A stretch of 64,000 nt of DNA from NCBI GenBank assembly GCA_034521595.1, contig JAXHMG010000003.1, positions 800,001-864,000 of the forward strand, in the 5' to 3' direction. Position numbers and translations under genes: made by a program. The stretch is from Gemmatimonadota bacterium (GTDB lineage Bacteria; Gemmatimonadota; Gemmatimonadetes; Longimicrobiales; Gaopeijiaceae). The notes below the pieces were generated by a model. The model did not search any database and had not been told where the DNA came from. It saw only the letters and a list, made by a program, of their open reading frames with translations. The first letter of the stretch is position 1. Every line of letters begins with the position of its first letter. This document shows positions 1-8,409 of the stretch, piece after piece.

Positions 1-8
1 AAGTCGGG

Positions 9-2828
9 TTGGCAACCACGCTCGCGATCGTCACGGGAGCGTTGTTGACGACGAGTAGGGCGCGTGCGCCCGCCCGGTGGCATGCTCCGGCGGCGGGCGT
101 GGTCGCGGCCGGCTTGGGGGTGGGGGCCGCGGTGTGGGTCTGGCTGGCGGTGGAACCACCGCTCTGGTGGTGGCTCCTTTGGGGGCTGCCGTTCGGGCTG
201 GCGGCCACGGGAGTGCAAGCGTACGATGGCTGGCGCCGAACCGGCGCGATCGGCGTCCTCGCGGCCGTAATGGCCGGCTCGGCGTCCATCCCGGCGACGT
301 GGGGCGCGGAAGTACGGGGAGAGATGGACGCGGCGATCGATCGGCTGGAGGGGCTGACCTCTCGTGACGATCCGGTCCTCGCCGGAGGGTTGCTCCGGTT
401 GGCGGCCGCGGCCGATTCCCTGGATCGGGCCGGTCGGGAGGGCGTCGACGTTCTCTACCATGCCTGGAGGGCCAGTGGGCTGGCGGGAGAGGGCCGGCCG
501 GTGCGGTTGACACGATGGCACCCCGACGGCTTCCGGGGGGTGGAGCTGAGGGTGGGGGCGGAGCGGGTCCTCCCCGGGGTCTTGCCGACCCTGTTGGCGG
601 AGCAGCGTGAGAGTACCGACCCGAGATTGCTCCGCCTCAACCGGGACGACGCACGATACGTCTTGACCGTGCCGCTTTCGGACGGAGGCGTGCTCTCGGT
701 GGTCGCGCCTCCGTTTTCGGAGCGCACACGGCCCTCTCCGCTCGACCCCTTCGTACGCAGGTCGGATCGAAGTCCGAGCGACGCGATGACCTTAATCCCG
801 CTGCTTCCGGGTGATGCGCGCGACGATGACGAGCTTCGGTGGGCGCGCGAAGGAACCGAGTGGCGGGCCGAGGTCAGCGTGCGCTTCGCCAACGACCGTG
901 CGTACCACGCCCATCACGCGGTGGTTCTCCCCGGTCCTTTGCAGGCCCTCGCCAGGGGGACGCTCCTGCTCGCGCTCAACGTCGTGCTCGCGGGCGGGTT
1001 CTGGCTTCTGGGACGAAGCTTGCTCTCGGGTGATCCGCTCGGCGTGGTTCATCTGCGTGGCCTCACGATCTCTTTTCGGGCGCGGGTGACCTGGGCACTC
1101 TTCGGTTTCTTCGCGCTGGCCAATGCCCTCTTCGGGACGGTGGCGTACCGGACCCTGTCTCAGGCGTCGTACCGGTCCGCCGAGGTGATCGCTGAACGGG
1201 TCGTGGACGACGCCGCCGTTTGGTATCGTGCGCTGTCGGGTGGGGTGGACCGTCTGGCCCGCCAGGTCGGGGCCGATTTGGTCGTGTACCGTGAGGGCGA
1301 GCTGGACGAAGGGTCCGTGGACGAGCTGATCGAATTGGGCCTCTACGACGGTTGGACTCCGTTCGGTGTGCACCAGACGATCGATGGCATGGAAGGCGTG
1401 AAGCGCTTCACGCAGACGCAGCTGGGACGCTGGGAGTACGTGACCGCGTTTCGGCGGCTCCCCGACGGAGACATCCTCGCCGCCCAGGTCCCCCTGCAGG
1501 CGGGGACGGCCGCGATCCAAGCGAGCGAACTCGTCGAGCTTCTCGCCTTTTTCGTGCTCCTCGGCGCTGCCCTTTCGCTCGGACTCGCGATGCTCGCGGG
1601 CCGCGCGCTCACGAGGCCGATCCGGGCCCTCCAGGTCGCGTCGGAACGGGTGGGGTCCGGGAACCTCGACCTCAGGCTCCCGGAGGAACGGACCGACGAG
1701 TTCGGGGCGGTCTTTCGAGCGTTCAACCGGATGGTGGGCCGGGTTCGCCGGGCGCGCCGGCAGCTGCTCCGGACGTCACGACGCACCCAACTCATCATGG
1801 ACGAAGCCGCGGTCGGTATGCTCGCGGTCGATCCCGGAGGACGGATCACGCTCGTGAATCCGCGGGCGCGTGAGCTGCTCGGCGAAGCCGTGGTCGTGGG
1901 GGAGGTTCTGCGAAGTGAGGGAACGTTCGCCAAGGAGCTCGGAGAATGGTTGGATGGTTATCTCGAGCACGATGCCGAGAGGGCGGACCACGAGCTTCAG
2001 TCGGGAGCGCGTCGCATCCGCGTCCGCGCCCGGCGCTTGGGGCCGCCCGGGTCACGTCGGGGTGCGGTAGTCGCCATGGACGACGTGACAGACGAGCTCA
2101 GGGCGGAACGCGTCCTCGCATGGGGGGAGATGGCGCGGCAGGTGGCGCATGAGGTCAAGAACCCGCTCACCCCCATCAAGCTGAGTGTGCAGCACATCCG
2201 CCGGGCGTGGGAAGACGGACGCTCGGACTTCGAGACGATCCTACTACGAAACGCCACGGCCATGCTCGCCGAGATCGACCGGCTTGCCGAGATCGCTCAG
2301 AGCTTCTCGCGCTTCGGAGCCCCTGCAGAGGCGGGAGTTCCGCTCGGACCCGTGTCGGTTGCCGACTCGGTGAGGGACGTCCTCGCGCTTTACGGGAGCT
2401 CGGTCGCCTCGGTTCGTTTCACTCGTTCGGTCCCGTCCGACCTTCCGCCGGTCGTCGCCCGAACGGCCGAGCTGAAGGAGGTGCTCGTGAACCTGCTCGA
2501 GAACGCACGTCTTGCGAGTGGGGAAGGGGACGAGGTGCAGGTCCGTGCGTATCGGGACGAGCAAGGGGACGGAGCCGTGGTGCTCGAGATCGTGGACGAG
2601 GGAGCCGGCATCGGCGAGGAGGTCTTGCCGCGCATCTTCGAGCCACAGTTCAGCACACGCTCGACGGGTGCGGGGCTCGGTCTCGCCATCGTGCAGCGTC
2701 TGGTGCGGAGTTGGGGGGCGGAGATCTCCGTCGAAAGCCGAGAAGGCGCCGGAACGGCGGTTCGGGTCCGGCTCAGGCCGTGGGAAGGCGATGCCCCGGG
2801 GGGCTCCGGGCCGTACAGCCCGTGGTAG
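9..2828 (+). CDS. Multi-TM sensor histidine kinase, NtrY-like (HAMP-PAS-HisKA-HATPase_c); 5' end probably lies outside the window
   Basis: H-box WGEMARQVAHEVKNPLTPI, N-box NLLENA, G-boxes DEGAGI, FEPQFST and GAGLGL; HAMP LTRPIRAL...DEFGAVFRAFNRM; frame is open from the window edge. Confidence 0.9.
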   Translation: MATTLAIVTGALLTTSRARAPARWHAPAAGVVAAGLGVGAAVWVWLAVEPPLWWWLLWGLPFGLAATGVQAYDGWRRTGAIGVLAAVMAGSASIPATWGAEVRGEMDAAIDRLEGLTSRDDPVLAGGLLRLAAAADSLDRAGREGVDVLYHAWRASGLAGEGRPVRLTRWHPDGFRGVELRVGAERVLPGVLPTLLAEQRESTDPRLLRLNRDDARYVLTVPLSDGGVLSVVAPPFSERTRPSPLDPFVRRSDRSPSDAMTLIPLLPGDARDDDELRWAREGTEWRAEVSVRFANDRAYHAHHAVVLPGPLQALARGTLLLALNVVLAGGFWLLGRSLLSGDPLGVVHLRGLTISFRARVTWALFGFFALANALFGTVAYRTLSQASYRSAEVIAERVVDDAAVWYRALSGGVDRLARQVGADLVVYREGELDEGSVDELIELGLYDGWTPFGVHQTIDGMEGVKRFTQTQLGRWEYVTAFRRLPDGDILAAQVPLQAGTAAIQASELVELLAFFVLLGAALSLGLAMLAGRALTRPIRALQVASERVGSGNLDLRLPEERTDEFGAVFRAFNRMVGRVRRARRQLLRTSRRTQLIMDEAAVGMLAVDPGGRITLVNPRARELLGEAVVVGEVLRSEGTFAKELGEWLDGYLEHDAERADHELQSGARRIRVRARRLGPPGSRRGAVVAMDDVTDELRAERVLAWGEMARQVAHEVKNPLTPIKLSVQHIRRAWEDGRSDFETILLRNATAMLAEIDRLAEIAQSFSRFGAPAEAGVPLGPVSVADSVRDVLALYGSSVASVRFTRSVPSDLPPVVARTAELKEVLVNLLENARLASGEGDEVQVRAYRDEQGDGAVVLEIVDEGAGIGEEVLPRIFEPQFSTRSTGAGLGLAIVQRLVRSWGAEISVESREGAGTAVRVRLRPWEGDAPGGSGPYSPW

Positions 2829-2931
2829 AAGTCTGGTGGGCCGCGCACGAGGGTCTTGCGGATATCGTACAAGGAAGAGCGACGAATGCGATGCCAAGCA
2901 TCGGGAGGAGCTATGACGCCGTACGCGCACC

Positions 2932-3104
2932 CTCGTGCCCTCGGTCGGCGGCACGGCCATCTCCGTGGCCACTCCTCGACGTAGCTCAGGGCTATGCCTT
3001 CGTCGTGTCGCCTAGGGTCTGGGGCCGTGGCGCTCCCAATGCGGCCCACGACTTCACCACGGGCTGGTAACGTCGGTAGAGGGATCGGGGATTCTCGGCA
3101 CGGG
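2932..3104 (+). ncRNA. Candidate structured RNA (nested long hairpin) in the 386-bp intergenic region
   Basis: Nested pairings by eye: 2932-2939/3097-3104, 2940-2946/3083-3089, 2976-2982/3070-3076, 3002-3007/3047-3052, 3023-3028/3041-3046; mismatches read as G-U on the + strand; no family motif confirmed. Confidence 0.25.
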
Positions 3105-3214
3105 CGGCGGCCGTGTCCTCGTCGCCCCCTCCGGCGGCTTCCCTGGTCCCGCGAAGCGAACACGGTCATCTTATACACCATTCAGGCAGCGCGAGGGTCA
3201 CCTAAATTCAGCAG

Positions 3215-3865
3215 ATGCCCTATTCGACGTCGACGAACGACTCGGTGAGTGACGCTGCGCGAGGCACCCGCCAGGTGCCTGCGAGCGCTGAGGAACGTCT
3301 CGCCCCGGAAGATCTGGCGGCGTGGTTGGACGAGCGGGCCGAGTCACTGGCGGAACGGTGGACCGACGCGATCCGGGACCAGAGATCGGGTCCGCGCGGC
3401 CCGATGGACCGAGTGATCGGAGATTTCACGCTGCGACTCGTTCGCTTCCTTCCGTGGATGCTGGGTCCGTACCGAGAGATGACCGAGCCCCTGTGGATCC
3501 GCGCTTCCGAGCTCTTCGGATCCGTCGCGGCGCGCCGCGGGTTGGCGGCTGGCGAGGTCATCGAGGAGTTTCAGATCCTACGCGAGCTCGTGATTCGGGA
3601 CCTGTACCGAGACCCGCCCTTGGATGGGACGTTGCCCCTCGCGCTCCGCGAGATCCTCCGCTTGAACCGCGGGATCGACCGTGGGATCACCCACGCGAGC
3701 GTGGGCCACACGGACGCGATGTTTTTCGAGTTCTTCGAGACGGATCGGGAGGTCGACCGAAATCCTGACGCGTTGGCGCGAGAGGTCCTCGACCAGCTCG
3801 GGATGATCTCGGACGAAGCGGAGCAGATCCTCGAGCACGCTCGAGCTATGGAGTCCGCCAACTGA
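3215..3865 (+). CDS. Stand-alone RsbRD N-terminal-domain-like protein (all-helical, no STAS or output domain)
   Basis: LAAWLDERAESLAERW...AARRGLAAGEVIEEFQILRE pattern resembles RsbRD_N; start uncertain. Confidence 0.6.
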   Translation: MPYSTSTNDSVSDAARGTRQVPASAEERLAPEDLAAWLDERAESLAERWTDAIRDQRSGPRGPMDRVIGDFTLRLVRFLPWMLGPYREMTEPLWIRASELFGSVAARRGLAAGEVIEEFQILRELVIRDLYRDPPLDGTLPLALREILRLNRGIDRGITHASVGHTDAMFFEFFETDREVDRNPDALAREVLDQLGMISDEAEQILEHARAMESAN

Positions 3866-3867
3866 GC

Positions 3868-5316
3868 GTGCACGCCGACGGTCGGGACGAGCACGGGGAC
3901 CTGCCGGTCGCCGAATTGCGTCGGTTCGCCCACGAAGTGGCGGACTGGATCGCGGACTACCTCGATACGGTCGAAGGCCTACCCGTCCTTTCCGCCGTCG
4001 AGCCCGGGGAGATCCGGGCTCGCTTGCCGGATTCGCCCCCGGAAGTCGGCGAGTCGATGGAGGACGCGCTTCGGGACTTCCGGGAGATCGTGTTGCCCGG
4101 GATCACCCATTGGAATCATCCGGGGTTCTTCGGCTACTTCGCGATCACGGGCTCCGGACCGGGGATCCTCGGTGAGATGCTCACGGCCGCGCTCAATGTG
4201 AACGCCATGGTGTGGCGCAGCTCGCCCGCCGCGACCGAGCTCGAAGAAGTCGTGGCCGACTGGCTGCGTCAGTGGTTGGGATTGCCCGCTGTCTTCGACG
4301 GCGTGATCAACGACACCGCGTCTTCGTCCACCCTTCACGCTCTGGCCGCCGCAAGGGAGGTGGCATATCCGGAAGTGCGGGAGCACGGCTTGTTCGGCCT
4401 TCCGAGAGGGCGGATCTACGCATCTGACCAAGCACATTCGTCGGTGGAGAAGGCGGTGCTCACGCTCGGCTTCGGCCGCGAGGGTTTCGCGGCCGTTCCC
4501 GCCGATTCGGAATTCCGCATGGACGCCGAGGCGCTTCGAGAGCGGGTCCTGCGAGACGTGGACGAAGGGGTGCGTCCGGTGGCGATCGTGGCGACCCTCG
4601 GCACTACCTCGACGTCGTCGATCGATCCCATCCGTCCCATCGCCGAGATCGCTGAGGAGCACGGGATCTGGCTCCACGTCGATGCCGCGTACGGTGGCCC
4701 CGCCGCGATCGTGCCCGAGCTCCGACCCATGTTCGACGGCTGGGAACGGGCGGACTCGATCGTCGTGAACCCGCACAAATGGCTTTTCACTCCCGTCGAC
4801 TGTTCGCTCCTGTATTGCAGGCGTTCCGCCGATCTGGTGCGCGCGTTCTCGATCGTTCCCGAGTACCTGCGTTCCGATACCGTCGACGAAGTGCGGAATC
4901 TCATGGACTACGGGGTCGCGCTCGGCCGGCGCTTTCGTGCTCTCAAGCTCTGGTTCGTGCTCCGCCATTTCGGATGGAACGGAGTCGTGGCGCGCCTACG
5001 CGAGCACGTCGCGCTCGCACGGGACTTCGCTGCCTGGGTGGACGAAGCTCCCGGGTGGGAACGGATGGCTCCGGTCCCGCTTTCCACGGTGACGTTTCGA
5101 CGCGTGGAAGCCGGGTTGGACGGGCCACGACTGGACGCCCTCAATCACCGGATACTGGACCACGTGAACGCGTCGGGGCGTGCCTTCCTGACGCACACGG
5201 CGCTCGACGGCAGGGTCGCGCTTCGCCTCTCCATCGGTAATCTGCGCACGCACGCCGAGCACGTCGAACGGGTGCAGTGGCTTCTGCACGAGGCAGCGGC
5301 CGCGCAGACGGCGTGA
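3868..5316 (+). CDS. PLP-dependent aromatic-L-amino-acid decarboxylase (group II, DDC-like)
   Basis: THWNHPGFFGYF, SPAATELE, SDQAHSSVEKA, HVDAAY, NPHKW (PLP lysine), PEYL, LGRRFRALKLWFV. Confidence 0.92.
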   Translation: MHADGRDEHGDLPVAELRRFAHEVADWIADYLDTVEGLPVLSAVEPGEIRARLPDSPPEVGESMEDALRDFREIVLPGITHWNHPGFFGYFAITGSGPGILGEMLTAALNVNAMVWRSSPAATELEEVVADWLRQWLGLPAVFDGVINDTASSSTLHALAAAREVAYPEVREHGLFGLPRGRIYASDQAHSSVEKAVLTLGFGREGFAAVPADSEFRMDAEALRERVLRDVDEGVRPVAIVATLGTTSTSSIDPIRPIAEIAEEHGIWLHVDAAYGGPAAIVPELRPMFDGWERADSIVVNPHKWLFTPVDCSLLYCRRSADLVRAFSIVPEYLRSDTVDEVRNLMDYGVALGRRFRALKLWFVLRHFGWNGVVARLREHVALARDFAAWVDEAPGWERMAPVPLSTVTFRRVEAGLDGPRLDALNHRILDHVNASGRAFLTHTALDGRVALRLSIGNLRTHAEHVERVQWLLHEAAAAQTA

Positions 5317-5328
5317 GGTGTCCGCGCT

Positions 5329-6711
5329 TCACCCGAGCTCCCGAATCTCCCGCACCAAATCACCCATCGACGCCTTCGCGTCGCCGAAGAACATGAGGGT
5401 GTTCTCCATATAAAAGAGGTCGTTGTCGATGCCGGCGAATCCGGGTGACAAGCTTCGCTTCATGACGATCACCCGACGAGCTTCGTCCACGTTCAAGATG
5501 GGCATGCCCGCGATGATGGAGCCGGGGTCTCGCGCGGCCGGATTCACGACGTCGTTGGCGCCCACGACCAGGACTGCGTCCGTCGTGGCGAAGTCGGAGT
5601 TGATCTCGTCGAGGTCGAATAGCCGGTCGTAGCTGACGTCGGCTTCCGCGAGCAGCACGTTCATGTGCCCCGGCATTCGGCCGGCGACGGGATGGATCGC
5701 GTACTTCACGTCCACGCCCCGTTCTCCGAGCAGATCTCCGACCTTGCGGAGCTCGTGTTGGGCTTGGGCGACCGCCAGGCCGTAACCCGGGACGATGACG
5801 ACCGAGTGCACGTACCCGAGCTCCGCGGCCACCATCTCGGCGTCGGCGCTGCTGACCGGCCGCTCCCCGGCCTGAACGGCGGTCCCGGTGGCTCCCCCGC
5901 CGAACGCTCCGAAGGCCACATTGGCGAGGGACCGGTTCATGCCCTTGCACATCAACTGCGTGAGGATCAGCCCGGCGGCACCCACCAGGGCGCCGGAGAT
6001 GATCAGCACCATGTTGCCGATCACGAATCCGGCCGCGCTCGCCGCCAGCCCCGAATAGGAGTTCAGCAGCGAGATCACCACCGGCATGTCCGCGCCCCCG
6101 ATCGGGATCACGAGGAGTATCCCGAGCAACGCGGCGAGGCCACAGAAGATGTAGAACGAGGTAACGGGATCTCCGGCACCCGCGAGGGTCATCCACGCGA
6201 GGACGATCAACGCCAGGAACAGGAGCAAGTTGAGGATGTTCAGACCGGGGAAGGAGATCGGATTCCCGGTCACCAGCCCCTGGAGCTTCCCGAAGGCGAC
6301 GAGGGAGCCCGTCAGGGTCACGCCACCGATCAGGGTCCCCAGCAGGATCGTGACTCCCGTCGTCCCAGGGCCGATGGCGGGGTTGGACAGGAACTCCGCC
6401 ACGGCCACGACGGCGGAGGCGCCACCCCCGGATCCGTTGAAGAGCCCGACCAGCTGAGGCATCGAGGTCATCTCCACGGTGCGTGCGGCGATGCCTCCGA
6501 CCACACCCCCGATGGCGAGGCCGATCAGGATGCCCGACCACGAGAGGATCTCGGCGTCGACTACGGTGGCCAGGATCGCCAGCAGCATCGCGAGCGCGGC
6601 GAGCCCGTTCCCGACCCGGGCGGTCGCGGGCGACTGGAGCCGCTTGAGCCCGAGGACGAAGAGGATCGCCGACAGGAGGTACGTCAGCTCGACGAGAATC
6701 TCGGCGTTCAT
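5329..6711 (-). CDS. pntB: NAD(P) transhydrogenase subunit beta
   Basis: PIGGADMPVVISLLNSYSG, VPGYGLAVAQAQH, IHPVAGRMPGHMNVLLAEA, GANDVVNPAA. Confidence 0.97.
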   Translation of the reverse strand: MNAEILVELTYLLSAILFVLGLKRLQSPATARVGNGLAALAMLLAILATVVDAEILSWSGILIGLAIGGVVGGIAARTVEMTSMPQLVGLFNGSGGGASAVVAVAEFLSNPAIGPGTTGVTILLGTLIGGVTLTGSLVAFGKLQGLVTGNPISFPGLNILNLLLFLALIVLAWMTLAGAGDPVTSFYIFCGLAALLGILLVIPIGGADMPVVISLLNSYSGLAASAAGFVIGNMVLIISGALVGAAGLILTQLMCKGMNRSLANVAFGAFGGGATGTAVQAGERPVSSADAEMVAAELGYVHSVVIVPGYGLAVAQAQHELRKVGDLLGERGVDVKYAIHPVAGRMPGHMNVLLAEADVSYDRLFDLDEINSDFATTDAVLVVGANDVVNPAARDPGSIIAGMPILNVDEARRVIVMKRSLSPGFAGIDNDLFYMENTLMFFGDAKASMGDLVREIRELG

Positions 6712-6715
6712 GGGC

Positions 6716-6994
6716 TCACCTCTTCCGGAACATGCCGAGCATGCGGTCGGTCACCAAGAAGCCGCCGACCACGTTGATCGTGGCCATGGCGATGGCGAGG
6801 ACGCCCAAGACCGTGCGGGTCGTGCCTTCCGCGGAGCCCGCGACGACGATCGCGCCCACGATGGCGATGCCCGAGATCGCGTTCGCACCGGACATCAGCG
6901 GAGTGTGGAGCGTGGGGGGAACCTTGGTGATGACTTCCCGGCCGGCGAGGGTCGCCAACACGAACACGTAGAGACCGATCATCAACTCGCCCAT
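6716..6994 (-). CDS. pntAB: NAD(P) transhydrogenase subunit alpha, part 2 (membrane)
   Basis: VPPTLHTPLMSGANAISG, INVVGGFLVTDRMLGMF. Confidence 0.95.
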   Translation of the reverse strand: MGELMIGLYVFVLATLAGREVITKVPPTLHTPLMSGANAISGIAIVGAIVVAGSAEGTTRTVLGVLAIAMATINVVGGFLVTDRMLGMFRKR

Positions 6995-7072
6995 CGATGC
7001 TCCTTACCTGTGAGTCGTCCGCATACCGTCCCGCCCTTGTTCGGGTGGCGGGGCCCTTCGCTCGTTTATCCG

Positions 7073-8221
7073 TCAGGCCGAGGCTTTCTCGAGGGTCGAC
7101 TTGACTCGCTCGTTCCGGACTTCCCCGGCGTGGGTCACCGTCGCCGGTCCGATCACGTCGTTGTCGAAATCCAGCGCGACCGCCCCGTCTTCGCCCAGGA
7201 GCTCCTGGGCGAGCGTGACGATGTTTTTCGAGTACATCTGGCTCGCATGCACCGGGATCTCGGCCGGCAGGTTGTCCGGACCGATGATGACTACGCCTTG
7301 GTGCGTGACGCTTTCGCCCGTTCGCGTCAACACACAGTTGCCTCCCGACGGCGCGGCGAGGTCGACGATCACCGATCCGGGCCGCATCGAGGTCACCATC
7401 TCTTCCGTGACGAGCGTCGGGGCCTCGCGTCCGGGGATCTGCGCCGTGGAGACGACGATGTCCGCTTCGGTGATCGCTCCGGAGATCAAAGCGAGCTCTT
7501 TCTCGTGTTGCTCCTCCGAGAGCTCCTTCGCGTACCCTCCCTCGCCTTCGGCCGCCATGTCTTCGTCCGCTTCCAGGAAACGGGCGCCGAGGCTCTCGAC
7601 CTGTTCCTTGACGGCGGGTCGGACGTCGAAAGCGTCGACTACGGCTCCGAGTCTGCGAGCCGTGGCGATCGCCTGCAGACCGGCGACCCCGGCGCCCAGG
7701 ATCAACACTTTCCCGGGCCGGATCGTGCCGGCCGCGGTCGTGAACATCGGAAGGAGCTTCGGCAACCGGTCCGCGGCCATCAGGACCGCTTTGTAGCCTG
7801 CGACGGTCGCCTGCGAGGACAGCGCGTCCATCGACTGCGCTCTCGTTATGCGCGGCACCATCTCCATGGCGATCGCGGTCGTGCCACCGTCCGCGAGGCG
7901 GCGCACGAGGTCGGGGCGGGTGAGCGGGTTGAGGAACGAGATGAGGATCACGCCCTCCGGCAGGGCGGCGAGCTCGTCCGGGTCCGATGTGCTGGGAGGG
8001 TTGATCCTCAGCACGAGCTCCGCCCCTTCGAGGGTCTCCGCCGCGGAGCCGACGGTCGCGCCCGCGTCTCCGTATTCTCGGTCGGTGATCCCGGCTCCCT
8101 CTCCCGCCCCGGCCTCGATCCTGACCTCCCCTCCGGCTCGGATGAGCTCCTCCACACCCTTGGGCACGAGCGCTACTCTCCGCTCGCCCGGACGCGTCTC
8201 CTTCAGAACGGCGACCTTCAT
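7073..8221 (-). CDS. pntAA: NAD(P) transhydrogenase subunit alpha, part 1 (soluble NAD-binding dI)
   Basis: ERRVALVP, PRITRAQSMDALSSQ, GAGVAGLQAIATARRLGA, GGYAKE. Confidence 0.96.
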   Translation of the reverse strand: MKVAVLKETRPGERRVALVPKGVEELIRAGGEVRIEAGAGEGAGITDREYGDAGATVGSAAETLEGAELVLRINPPSTSDPDELAALPEGVILISFLNPLTRPDLVRRLADGGTTAIAMEMVPRITRAQSMDALSSQATVAGYKAVLMAADRLPKLLPMFTTAAGTIRPGKVLILGAGVAGLQAIATARRLGAVVDAFDVRPAVKEQVESLGARFLEADEDMAAEGEGGYAKELSEEQHEKELALISGAITEADIVVSTAQIPGREAPTLVTEEMVTSMRPGSVIVDLAAPSGGNCVLTRTGESVTHQGVVIIGPDNLPAEIPVHASQMYSKNIVTLAQELLGEDGAVALDFDNDVIGPATVTHAGEVRNERVKSTLEKASA

Positions 8222-8409
8222 CCGCGGACTCCGTGTTGCTGGGGAGCTTTCGCCGGCGGGACCGGATGGATGTGACGACGAAGCCGCGATCCGTCCCGCC
8301 GGGCGGGGACCATCCTACGGGGCGGCGCTCCGAGGCACAAGTCGTGTTTCCGAGGAATAGTGCTCATTCCCGTATTCCTCCGCCCCGACCACGATCCGAT
8401 CCTCGGGGC

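Noticed and set aside
2390..3181. Minus-strand 263-aa ORF and plus-strand ORFs 2207-3070 and 2994-3248 crossing the intergenic gap
   Set aside because: They overlap the kinase or next gene, are Arg/Pro-rich and lack motifs; a degraded small gene cannot be fully excluded
8233..8409. Upstream extensions given by the ORF track for comM (also the NtrX-like gene, rpsB, dxr, ribF, proS, murA, gatA, gatB)
   Set aside because: Family homology begins at later starts, many with SD sequences or stop/start overlaps; the extensions look non-coding
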